A stretch of 62,064 nucleotides of DNA, counting the filler, from Desulfonatronovibrionaceae bacterium (GTDB lineage Bacteria; Desulfobacterota; Desulfovibrionia; Desulfovibrionales; Desulfonatronovibrionaceae): assembly GCA_046539845.1 (NCBI GenBank). It is 5 parts of 5 records of this genome, joined end to end, with 100 filler letters (N's around TTAATTAATTAA, not from the genome) between each part and the next. Parts side by side here need not be neighbours in the genome. Positions count along the whole stretch, not along the records: positions 1 to 12,931 come from JBKHGE010000055.1; 4 more parts are not named here. The stretch is one strand, 5' to 3'. This document shows, in pieces, positions 1 to 8,499 of the stretch. Positions within the stretch are counted from its first letter, which is position 1. Each line of letters begins with the position of its first letter. Position numbers and translations under genes: made by a program. The notes beneath the pieces are model-generated. The model did not search any database and was not told the DNA's origin. It saw only the letters and a program-made list of their open reading frames with translations.

Positions 1-80
1 CGGATACGCTCTCTTTCTTGCCGCGTGTACGCAAGTACCCGCGTGAAGTAGGAGGCTTCCCGGGCCGAAAAAAGAAAATG

Positions 81-242
81 TTGGCGCGGGTATCGCTATG
101 CGATACACACGGGCGGCCTGCGGCCGCGTACGGTTTTTATGTACCCTTGAACCCGTGTGTCCGACTTCAAGGAGGAATAACAGTGTAAGAATCAGCCTCT
201 GATTCTCTTCTCCATTCGCGTACATTCGCGTTATTCGCGGGC
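81..242 (-). repeat. Dispersed two-motif intergenic repeat, inverted homolog of 58072-58203
   Basis: 81-96 is the exact reverse complement of 58188-58203 (gcgatacccgcgccaa). The reverse complement of 224-242 matches 58072-58090 at 18/19. ATTCGCG occurs three times (214, 224, 233). Confidence 0.75.
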
Positions 243-420
243 CTCTTACCCGGGGATGAAGTTTGACAAAAACCCGGGACTCCCTGTTCACCAGATAGGC
301 GCCCCCCTGCCCGCCGTTGACAATCAGGTATATTCAATTACTCTGTTTTGTATAAACATAATCCTCTGCCGTCCGGGATTCGGGCCGGCAATCAAACCGC
401 GCAGACTACGGGAGATAAAA

Positions 421-1251
421 ATGCGCCTGTCCATTCTTACCGACAACAACACCTTTATCGACCGCTATTACCTGGCCGAACCGGGACTGTCCATTCTGAT
501 AGAAGACAGTGGGAAAAAGATCCTTTTTGACTGCGGTTTCAGCGATGTCTTCTGGCACAACGCCCGCATTATGGGACGCGATCTTTTGTTTCTGGATTAT
601 CTGATATTTTCCCACAGCCATCTGGACCACACCTGGGGTGTGGAAAAACTCATCCGCGAGCACACCATCGCCAGCCTGGAGGGTATTGAACACCGCAGGC
701 CGGAGGTCATCGCCCATCCCCAGGCCCTAAAAGGGGTGGAATTTTCCCCTGGAGTAAACATCGGCCCGCTTGTCGGTCCGCAGGAAATGCAGGCCTGTTA
801 TTCCATGAATTTAACCAAAAACCCGGTGCAGCTGACGGACAGGCTCTTTTTTCTCGGGGAAATCCCCCGCTCAAACGATTTCGAGGGACTGGTGAGCATT
901 GGAGTAAAAGCCGGTGAAACCACCCCGGATTTTATGCATGACGACACTGCCCTGGCCTGCAAGACCGAGGAAGGACTGATCATAATCACCGGATGCTCCC
1001 ATTCCGGGATATGCAATATAGTTGAACACGCCCGCAATGTATGCGGGGAAAACAGGGTGAAAAGCATTATCGGCGGTCTGCACCTCCAGGACCCGGCTCA
1101 GGACGTTCTCCGGGAAACCAGCCGCTTTCTGGCCGAACTGAACCTGGATTCCCTATATGCCGGGCACTGTACCGACCTTGCTTCCAAGATCGCCCTGGCC
1201 GGGGACAATCCGGTAATGGAAATGGGCTCCGGAATGGTTCTTGAATTTTGA
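421..1251 (+). CDS. MBL-fold metallo-hydrolase
   Basis: SHSHLDH metal motif, GCSHSG, IGGLHL and GHCT motifs. ATG at 421 follows GGAG and is preferred over the ORF-track start at 256. Confidence 0.9.
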   Translation: MRLSILTDNNTFIDRYYLAEPGLSILIEDSGKKILFDCGFSDVFWHNARIMGRDLLFLDYLIFSHSHLDHTWGVEKLIREHTIASLEGIEHRRPEVIAHPQALKGVEFSPGVNIGPLVGPQEMQACYSMNLTKNPVQLTDRLFFLGEIPRSNDFEGLVSIGVKAGETTPDFMHDDTALACKTEEGLIIITGCSHSGICNIVEHARNVCGENRVKSIIGGLHLQDPAQDVLRETSRFLAELNLDSLYAGHCTDLASKIALAGDNPVMEMGSGMVLEF

Positions 1252-1279
1252 CGCCCAATCCGGGTAGAGTGTGCTCTTG

Positions 1280-1309
1280 GCCCGGCACTCTGCAAACATA
1301 AGTGCCGGG
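1280..1309. repeat. REP-like hairpin (GCCCGGCACT...AGTGCCGGG), copy 1 of 3
   Basis: Same stem arms occur at 14881-14911 and 55453-55489. Confidence 0.7.
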
Positions 1310-1342
1310 ATGCATGCGTCACCTGAAACCAAGGAGGAATTC

Positions 1343-1879
1343 ATGCTTTTAAAAAACCATAGAGCGGTCATTTTAGTGGAAAATATTTTTAACGACCATG
1401 AATTCTGGTATCCATACTATCGCTTCCTGGAGGAAGGAGCGCAGGTGGAAATCGTCGCCCCGGAAAAGGATAAAAAATATACCGGGAAACATGGAACCAC
1501 CGTGGTCTCTACCGCTGCCCCGCAGGATCTGTCCGTGCGGGAATCAGGCACGCTTATAATTCCCGGCGGCTACGCCCCGGACCACATGCGGCGGGACAGG
1601 GACATGGTGGACCTGGTTTCCGATTTCCACAAACAGGGGAAAATAATCGGGGCCATCTGCCATGCGGGATGGATGCTTGCTTCTGCGGATATATTGCGCG
1701 GCCGGACAGTGACCTCTTTTTTCGCCATTCGCGACGATCTGGTAAACGCCGGGGCAAACTGGGTGGACCAGGAAGTATGCACGGACGAAAAACTGGTTAC
1801 CAGCCGCACACCTGACGATTTACCCGCTTTCATGCGTACGCTGATTAAGCTAGCGGCCGCAGACGATAGCGCGGATTAA
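1343..1879 (+). CDS. pfpI: PfpI/DJ-1 family protease/deglycase
   Basis: IPGGYAPD, AICHAGW nucleophile elbow and VTSRTPDDL motifs; AAGGAGG RBS before ATG 1343. Confidence 0.9.
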   Translation: MLLKNHRAVILVENIFNDHEFWYPYYRFLEEGAQVEIVAPEKDKKYTGKHGTTVVSTAAPQDLSVRESGTLIIPGGYAPDHMRRDRDMVDLVSDFHKQGKIIGAICHAGWMLASADILRGRTVTSFFAIRDDLVNAGANWVDQEVCTDEKLVTSRTPDDLPAFMRTLIKLAAADDSAD

Positions 1880-1909
1880 ATTCGGCCCGACTCCGGACCG
1901 GAAAAAAAC

Positions 1910-2485
1910 ATGCGCAACACCCTGATTATAATGTCCCTGGCCATACTCGGACTGGCCGGGCTGGCGTTTTACCGGGACGGCACGCCCGCTCTTATGCAGG
2001 GACTGCTTATAAGCGGCCGGACTTTGCTGAATATCCTGCCCCTCCTTGTGGTCGCCTTTGCAGTGGCCGGGCTTGTTTCCCAGGTCACCTCCACGCAGGC
2101 GGTCAATAAATGGCTGGGGCAGGCCTCCGGATTCCGGGGCATCCTCCTGGCCGCAGTGGCCGGGGCCATAGTCCCGGGAGGGCCGTATATCTTTTTTCCC
2201 CTGGCGGCCACACTGCTTGTTTCCGGAGCCAGGATCGGAACGGTGATAGCCTTTCTCACGGCCAAGAACCTGTGGACCCTGTCCCGGCTGCCCATGGAAT
2301 TCGCCCTTTTGGACGCCAGAATTGTCATAATCCGTTATGCGGTTACCTTTGTATTCCCTGTTCTCCTGGGTCTGCTCGGAAACATGCTTTTCTCCGCAAG
2401 CACGGATAAATTGAGACAAAGCGTGGCCCGGATACAGAACCAGGCCCAGGCCGAAAATCCGGGCAAGGGGAGCAAAAAATGCTGA
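1910..2485 (+). CDS. Permease, DUF318/ArsP-like half-size subunit 1
   Basis: Hydrophobic multi-TM protein with WLG...G.RGI and PGGPY..FP motifs; overlaps the next gene. Confidence 0.75.
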   Translation: MRNTLIIMSLAILGLAGLAFYRDGTPALMQGLLISGRTLLNILPLLVVAFAVAGLVSQVTSTQAVNKWLGQASGFRGILLAAVAGAIVPGGPYIFFPLAATLLVSGARIGTVIAFLTAKNLWTLSRLPMEFALLDARIVIIRYAVTFVFPVLLGLLGNMLFSASTDKLRQSVARIQNQAQAENPGKGSKKC

Positions 2486-2964
2486 TAGCCTTTCTGGTCC
2501 TTTTGGCCATGGCCGCGGTTCTGTTTTTCATTGCCCGCAGGGAGGGGCAAGGCAGCCATATCTGTGGACTCAAGAAAGGAATGGGGATGTTTATCCGCCT
2601 GGCCCCGCTTCTTGTTTTGGCCTTTTTGCTGGCCGGCTTTATCCAGGTGGCCATTCCCCCGGAACTGATCCAGGAATGGATTGGGACCAAGTCCGGGGTC
2701 AAGGGGGTATTTATCGGAAGCATAGCCGGCTCTCTGCTGGCTGGCGGTCCCTATGTCTCCTTCCCGGTGATCTCGGCCATCAACCACTCCGGAGCCGGAA
2801 CCGGGGCCACGGTTTCTCTTATAACCGGATGGGCGGTTATCGGTTTGGGACAGCTGCCCTTTGAGCTGACCATTATGGGGCCCAGATTCATGCTCGTTCG
2901 TCTGGCAACTGTTTTCGTCACCCCGTTTCTCGCCGGATTGATCACGCAATATTTTTTCGGATAA
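2479..2964 (+). CDS. Permease, DUF318/ArsP-like half-size subunit 2
   Basis: Paralogous to the upstream gene (WIG..SG.KG, GGPY.SFP, LPFE motifs); 7-bp overlap. Confidence 0.75.
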   Translation: MLIAFLVLLAMAAVLFFIARREGQGSHICGLKKGMGMFIRLAPLLVLAFLLAGFIQVAIPPELIQEWIGTKSGVKGVFIGSIAGSLLAGGPYVSFPVISAINHSGAGTGATVSLITGWAVIGLGQLPFELTIMGPRFMLVRLATVFVTPFLAGLITQYFFG

Positions 2965-3140
2965 AAATCCATTTGAATTCGAGTCCCGGAAGGACCCCTT
3001 GGCGGAACTTAAAAAACTCGACCCAAAAGTCTGGGAGCTCAAAGAAAGGGGCGAATAAATTCTTTTTCAGACGTTGCGGTACCGATTTTTCCCATGCCAA
3101 TCGTCGAAGGACATTTTTATCCCCCCAGCCCAACTCCGCC

Positions 3141-3190
3141 CATAACCATATCCCCGCATAATCACTTAAGCACATAACCACATACCCCAT
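3141..3190. repeat. Degenerate 8-bp-period tandem repeat (cataacca/cataatca/cttaagca)
   Basis: 3159-3180 matches the reverse complement of 57957-57978 at 20/22 and resembles 58276-58297. Confidence 0.7.
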
Positions 3191-3207
3191 AAATACCCTG
3201 CCCACGC

Positions 3208-3241
3208 AAAACGGCCGGAGCGGAGGAACCGCCCCGGCCGT
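3208..3241 (-). terminator. Intrinsic terminator of the OmpA-family gene
   Basis: GC-rich hairpin acggccggagcgg/ccgccccggccgt followed by a short T-run on the minus strand, about 25 bp after the stop. Confidence 0.6.
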
Positions 3242-3266
3242 GTGCAGACGTAAACCGGTTGTAGAG

Positions 3267-4484
3267 CTAGGGGGTGATCACGTTTATAACCGCCCTTCTG
3301 TTCTGTCTTCTGCCGGTGTATGTATCGTTGTCTTCCACAGGCTGGGACTCTCCCATACCCACTGTGCTGATACGACCGGAATCAATTCCCTTCTCCTCAA
3401 GGTATTTCTTGACTGCGGACGCCCGTTTTTCGGACAGCTTCTGGTTATATTCAGCCGAACCAGTGCTGTCGGTATAGGCCTCGACCATGGCTATTGCCCG
3501 CGGATTTGCGGACAAATATTCGGCCACCTTGTCCAGCTGGCCTGTAAAGTAATCGGAGACTATCTCAACGGAATCCACTTCAAACAGGGCTTCAGCCTCG
3601 GCGTCAATGAGAATGGCCTGTTCGGATATGTCCACTTCGCAGCCCACTGAGTTCACTTGCACTCCGTCCGGAGTATCCGGGCACTGGTCAAAGAGGTTGA
3701 TCACCCCATCATTGTCGTCATCCAGGGCGCAACCGTGTTCATCCACTTCTGCCCCGGCCGGAGTATCGGGGCAGCGATCCTTTTCGTCAATCACCCCGTC
3801 TTTATCCGCATCCGGGGCGTAATCGTAAAAGATTTCCCGGACCAGTCCAGAGACCATATCCTCGTTTTCAAAACAGGAAGCGGAATACATCCGGGAGCAG
3901 GAGTTGACCTCGGCCACTTCCCGCATCTTCTTGTCCCACTGGGCGCGGTCGGCCAGGCTCACTGCGTAGAAGCAAAAAGCATCCGGATACCTGGAGTCCA
4001 ATTCGCGTACGGCCTGGACCGCCCCCTCATCCTTGTCGAAACCGCCGTCAGAAAAGATAATCACTGCAGTTTTCCCTTGATCTTTGTCAGGCATTGTCTG
4101 GGCCATTTTCATCATGTCCTCTCTCAGGGGGGTGGGATAGCCAAACCATTTGGAAACGTTTTCCGGGAGAGCGTCTATATTCCCCTGCATGCCTTCGGAG
4201 TCATAGGGAAGGAGCGGTTGTATCTCCTTCAGGGGAGCAAAGCGGAACAAGGCCCCGTTATAGTCCAGCTCCGGGATGAGTTCATTCATCTTTTCCAGGA
4301 TGTCTTTGGCAACAGCCACCTTTTCCTGGCCGGTCTGGGCGTATTCTTCACCCATGGATCCGGAGGCGTCCACAAGGACATAGAAATTGTCCACCTTGGG
4401 GATTTTGGCCCCGCCAGAAGCCAGAGCTGTGCCGGCAAGCGTAAACACTAACAGGCCCGCTATGCACAATATTTTCTTTTTCAT
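3267..4484 (-). CDS. Secreted vWA + TSP3 repeats + OmpA-like peptidoglycan-binding protein
   Basis: Signal peptide MKKKILCIAGLL; MIDAS motif DASGS; DADKDGVIDEKDRCPDTP-type repeats; YTDSTGSAEYNQKLSEKRA and QNRR. AAGGAGG RBS before ATG 4484. Confidence 0.9.
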   Translation of the reverse strand: MKKKILCIAGLLVFTLAGTALASGGAKIPKVDNFYVLVDASGSMGEEYAQTGQEKVAVAKDILEKMNELIPELDYNGALFRFAPLKEIQPLLPYDSEGMQGNIDALPENVSKWFGYPTPLREDMMKMAQTMPDKDQGKTAVIIFSDGGFDKDEGAVQAVRELDSRYPDAFCFYAVSLADRAQWDKKMREVAEVNSCSRMYSASCFENEDMVSGLVREIFYDYAPDADKDGVIDEKDRCPDTPAGAEVDEHGCALDDDNDGVINLFDQCPDTPDGVQVNSVGCEVDISEQAILIDAEAEALFEVDSVEIVSDYFTGQLDKVAEYLSANPRAIAMVEAYTDSTGSAEYNQKLSEKRASAVKKYLEEKGIDSGRISTVGMGESQPVEDNDTYTGRRQNRRAVINVITP

Positions 4485-4608
4485 GGTATAAATCCTCCTT
4501 TTTGTTGTCTTATATGGACAGGCAGAAAATCCAGCCCGGACGTTCCCGGGCTGCTGCCCTTGCAGCATTAAACATCTATGGATAACTTTATTAACTATGA
4601 AATACAGA

Positions 4609-5925
4609 TTATTTGTAATCTTTTATTTTGTCCAACATTATTTGTAAAATAATTCTATCCGCCTCTACCATGCCCTGGGAGCTTAAACGACCGATATTGG
4701 CGATGGTCTGCATGGCTCCCTGACCCACGATTCCATCCGTGGACTGGACTCCTGCGCCTTTAAGCGCAAGCAGGGCCGCGGTGACCGCGTTTCCGGAAGC
4801 AGTGGCCAGCTTAAGGGCACAGCTGTTTTTCGCCCCGTCACAGATAACCCCGGCCAAATCCTCGATGATATTGTTTATTGCCGCCTCGATCTGCTCCGGA
4901 GCGCCTCCCAGGAGCCAGGCGACTGCCGCTGCCGCCCCGGCACCGGAAGCCACGGAGCAGGCGCAAATAGCGGCCAATCTTCCGGTATGGCTCTTGACGC
5001 AGGCGGTTATTACATGGCTGAGCGCTACAGCCCGGCACAAATCCTGCCGTGAACATTTAATCCTGTCCGCGATTATCTTGACTGGAATTATGGCTGTAAG
5101 CCCGTGGTTACCGCTTCCGGCAGAGCTCATGGCCGGAAGGGGGGCTCCGAACATGCGTGCGTCAGCCGCAGCCGAGGTATATACCCGGCTCTCGTGCACC
5201 GGGTCCGAATTTATCCAGGAATCTTCAAGCTCTTTGAGTCTTTTGCCCACCCGGAGTCCGCAGTCGTTTTCCAGTCCCCAACGGGCCAGGCGCATGTTCA
5301 TCTCAATGCCCTTCTCAATAAAGACCATATCCTCCTCGTCCAAGCCTAGGGATATCTCCAGGGCCTTATCCAGGGAGAGTGCCTGCAGCTCCTTTTCCAG
5401 CTCCCCAACCCCAAAGTAAGGTCCCTGGGAAACAGACTGGTTAAAAAAAGGGTTGCTTACTTCCTCCCGGTTTACATACAGCCCGGTTATGTGCTCGTGT
5501 TGGGAGCGGATAATAGAAGTATATTCATTTCCCCGGGCGCGGACAACAGTCTTTACGTAAAGTCCCTGTTTGTCCTGATCCAGATTTGCCTCAACCCGGC
5601 CCGAACCAACCATTTCCACGGCCCGCTGCACATCCTCATCTTTCAGACCTTCCAGGACCTGCATCTTTTTCCCCGGATCCCCGGCAACACACCCAAGTGC
5701 GGAGGCCAGCTCCAAGCCGTTCAATCCGCCGGTACCCGGGATATTCACTCCCAAACCGTTTTTAAAGATATTCGGGTCCAGCCAGACCGTAATTGATTCG
5801 GGTGAAACCCCTTCCGGAAGCAGGGACGCGGCTGCAGCTGCGCCGAGTGCAATGGCAGTGGGTTCGGTACATCCCAGGGCAGGGGTGACCTCCAGATGCA
5901 AGATCTCTTTTATCCCGAAACGCAT
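4609..5925 (-). CDS. L-cysteine desulfidase family protein (CyuA/YhaM/CdsB-like)
   Basis: PALGCTEP, ADARM.G..LPAMS..GSGNHG, AICAC and GVICDGAKNSCALK motifs. Confidence 0.85.
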   Translation of the reverse strand: MRFGIKEILHLEVTPALGCTEPTAIALGAAAAASLLPEGVSPESITVWLDPNIFKNGLGVNIPGTGGLNGLELASALGCVAGDPGKKMQVLEGLKDEDVQRAVEMVGSGRVEANLDQDKQGLYVKTVVRARGNEYTSIIRSQHEHITGLYVNREEVSNPFFNQSVSQGPYFGVGELEKELQALSLDKALEISLGLDEEDMVFIEKGIEMNMRLARWGLENDCGLRVGKRLKELEDSWINSDPVHESRVYTSAAADARMFGAPLPAMSSAGSGNHGLTAIIPVKIIADRIKCSRQDLCRAVALSHVITACVKSHTGRLAAICACSVASGAGAAAAVAWLLGGAPEQIEAAINNIIEDLAGVICDGAKNSCALKLATASGNAVTAALLALKGAGVQSTDGIVGQGAMQTIANIGRLSSQGMVEADRIILQIMLDKIKDYK

Positions 5926-6181
5926 GCATACTCCTTTACTACATTCTCCGCAGCGGTCTTGAACAACGCCTTTTGGGTACCCCGCTCCGGCGGGTAGCCT
6001 CTTCTTCCCCGGATGTCCCCAAAGAATAAATCCTAAAAAAGCCCCGGCAAACTATTATCGATTTCAATCCAAAAACTGATTTTGTATCAAAAAATTCTAT
6101 TTGTTAGCTCCGGCTGAAGTGGCTAAAAGGCATATTACACCCGTGGGGGATTTCCCTCAAGTAAATTTAAACGGAGCTTAT

Positions 6182-6805
6182 ATGCAGGAAAAGATTTTAG
6201 ACTGCCGGGGGCTTCCCTGCCCCCGGCCGGTACTGGAATGTAAACAGGTCATTGATTCCGGATACAGAGGGCAGATTCAGGTGGTCGTGGACAACGAGCC
6301 GGCCCGAGAAAACGTGTCCCGATTTCTGGATTCGCAGGGCTATGCAGTCTTGAAGAGTACGGAACAGGATCGGGAATGGATTCTGGACTGTGCTCCCCGA
6401 GAAGATCAGAACCCCCGGAGTGAAGACCGGGAGTGCCCCCAGCCTGAGCCTGCCAGTCCCTCCTTTAGGAAAAAAACCCTGATATGCATTACCCGGAACA
6501 AATTGGGCAGCGGAGATAACGAGCTGGGAGCCGGGCTTATGCATAATTTCCTGGCCACCCTTCCGGAAATGGGGGACGAATTATGGCGGGTGATCCTTTT
6601 AAACGCCGGAGTGCGCTTGGCGGTGCGGGACAGCGGCTGCCTGGGGCAAATCAAGGCCCTGGCTGACAGCGGAGTATCCGTCCTTGTCTGCGGTACCTGC
6701 CTGAACCATTTCCAACTCCTGGAAGAAAAACAAATCGGGGAGACCACAAATATGCTGGACGTGGTCACCAGCCTGCAGCTTGCGGACAAGGTCATTACCG
6801 TGTAA
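6182..6805 (+). CDS. yedF: SirA/TusA-like + DsrE-like sulfurtransferase-like selenium metabolism protein YedF
   Basis: N-terminal LDCRGLPCPRPV and C-terminal VCGTCL..F...IGETTNMLDVV; GGAG RBS before ATG 6182. Confidence 0.85.
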   Translation: MQEKILDCRGLPCPRPVLECKQVIDSGYRGQIQVVVDNEPARENVSRFLDSQGYAVLKSTEQDREWILDCAPREDQNPRSEDRECPQPEPASPSFRKKTLICITRNKLGSGDNELGAGLMHNFLATLPEMGDELWRVILLNAGVRLAVRDSGCLGQIKALADSGVSVLVCGTCLNHFQLLEEKQIGETTNMLDVVTSLQLADKVITV

Positions 6806-6815
6806 ATAAGTCTTT

Positions 6816-7664
6816 ATGGGAACGCGGGACCTTACAGTCGGCCAGATCAATTACCTGAATATCTGGCCGGTTTTTTATTTTTTGCGCCAAACCCCGGAGA
6901 TCTCCGGGGCGGGCATAGAGTTCCAGGAGGGACATCCCTCAAGATTGAACGCCAGTCTCAGGCAGGGGGAGGTGGATCTGGCCCCGGCCTCGCTTTTCGA
7001 ATACCTGAAAAACCCCGGGCTGTACCGCCTGCTCCCGAACAATGGAATAAGCGCGACCCGAGAGGTGCAAAGCGTCTTGTTCTGCACCCCGGTCCGCGGA
7101 GGGTTGCTGCGCGAGTATGTCCAAAGCAAAGGCCGAGTCTCTTTGACCTCGGCCTCGGCAACCTCGGCGGCCTTGCTCAGGATACTGTGGAAATACGCTT
7201 GGGATCTGCCTGAGCCGCAATGGACGGAATCCGATCCTGGCCGCGGCCCGGAAACCGGAGTGCCTTTTTTGGAAATCGGCAACCACGCCCTGGAAATTTG
7301 GCTAAATCCGCCGCCGGGGTATGCGGTATTTGATCTGGCCCGGGAGTGGGAAAAAATGACCGCCCTGCCCTTTGTCTTTGCCGTGTGGATAGTCCGGGCC
7401 GGACTGGAAGAGAAAAAAAAGAAAAAGGTCCAAAGGCTGTACCGAATTATAGAAGAGGTAAAATCAAACTCGGCTTCGGACCTGGAGGCCATTGTGGACA
7501 AACGGCCTCCAGGCCGGTTCACCTCTGCCGAGGTGCTCAGATACTGGCAGACCATGCACTATGACCTGCCGCCGCAGAATCTGGCCGCAATGATTTTGTT
7601 TGGGAAATATTGTCATGAATTGGGTTTAATAGACGGAGTGCCGGCGCTTTCCTGGCAGTTTTGA
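6816..7664 (+). CDS. mqnA: Chorismate dehydratase (futalosine menaquinone pathway)
   Basis: GQINYLN..P, EVQSV, SATS, LEIGN.AL and DLA.EW..MT.LPFVFAVW motifs. Confidence 0.85.
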   Translation: MGTRDLTVGQINYLNIWPVFYFLRQTPEISGAGIEFQEGHPSRLNASLRQGEVDLAPASLFEYLKNPGLYRLLPNNGISATREVQSVLFCTPVRGGLLREYVQSKGRVSLTSASATSAALLRILWKYAWDLPEPQWTESDPGRGPETGVPFLEIGNHALEIWLNPPPGYAVFDLAREWEKMTALPFVFAVWIVRAGLEEKKKKKVQRLYRIIEEVKSNSASDLEAIVDKRPPGRFTSAEVLRYWQTMHYDLPPQNLAAMILFGKYCHELGLIDGVPALSWQF

Positions 7665-7752
7665 TCTGATTTAACAGGAATGTAAGATGCTGGGCACAAA
7701 TTATTGCGGCGAAGCCAAAAGGATTTTACTCCAGACGTTTTGGAACAACACT

Positions 7753-8406
7753 TCAAGATTTTAGCCGGTTCACGTCCTCCTCGTTTCCCAAAACCGCCAG
7801 CGTATCTCCTTTTTGGAGTTCCTCCTTTGCCTGGGGGACAAAACTGAACCTGGACGCCCCCTTCCTCTTTATGGCCACGACCTGGACATTGTACTCATTG
7901 GTCAAATCCAGTTGACGCAGGGATTTGCCCTCCCATTTGCTCACCTCGATCTCCCGCAGGATTACATCCTCGCCAAAGGGCAGATAATCTATAAGGCCGG
8001 GAATCGCAAGCTTCCTGGCCAGCTGGGCGGCTGCATATCTCTCGGGAAAGACTATTTCGTCCACCTCGATCTTACGCAGGACTTTTTCATGGTCTTCGCT
8101 TATGGCCTTGCACATGATTCTGCACTCGCCGAGCTCCTTCAGATGCAGGGCAATGAGTATGCTGGCCTCCATTGACTGGCCAACGGAGATTATGACCTCG
8201 CTCAAGTCGGCCACCCCAAGCTGGGAAAGGGCGGTTTTGTCCGCGGCGTCCGCTTCATACACATGGGTGAGCACGTCCTGGGCCCGGCGGACATTATCCT
8301 TTCTGCGGTCTATGCCGAGCACTGTATGTCCCAGATCCACAAGGGACTGGGCCAAAAAGAATCCAAATTTACCCAGTCCGATTATCGCTATTTCCTTTCT
8401 GGCCAT
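7753..8406 (-). CDS. trkA: Trk/Ktr K+ uptake NAD-binding RCK subunit
   Basis: IIGLGKFG Rossmann motif, VFPER and a C-terminal TrkA_C domain. Confidence 0.9.
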   Translation of the reverse strand: MARKEIAIIGLGKFGFFLAQSLVDLGHTVLGIDRRKDNVRRAQDVLTHVYEADAADKTALSQLGVADLSEVIISVGQSMEASILIALHLKELGECRIMCKAISEDHEKVLRKIEVDEIVFPERYAAAQLARKLAIPGLIDYLPFGEDVILREIEVSKWEGKSLRQLDLTNEYNVQVVAIKRKGASRFSFVPQAKEELQKGDTLAVLGNEEDVNRLKS

Positions 8407-8499
8407 ATCTTTGCCCCCGTTAGGTTGAAGTCCTTGAACCCAGAGTGCTCCGGGCGGATGTTAAAAAGCGCACCTGCTGCTTCTGTTCATCATCCATGT

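Noticed and set aside
2965..3058. Protein-like reading NPFEFESRKDPLAELKKLDPKVWELKERGE after the permease stop
   Set aside because: No start or RBS and no convincing frameshift signal; at most an unidentifiable remnant.
4521..4558. Hairpin upstream of the OmpA-family gene
   Set aside because: A single stem-loop with no riboswitch consensus; probably a terminator or mRNA stabiliser.
4609..6805. Possible selenoprotein read-through near yedF
   Set aside because: No in-frame TGA interrupts these ORFs; the catalytic positions are ordinary Cys codons.
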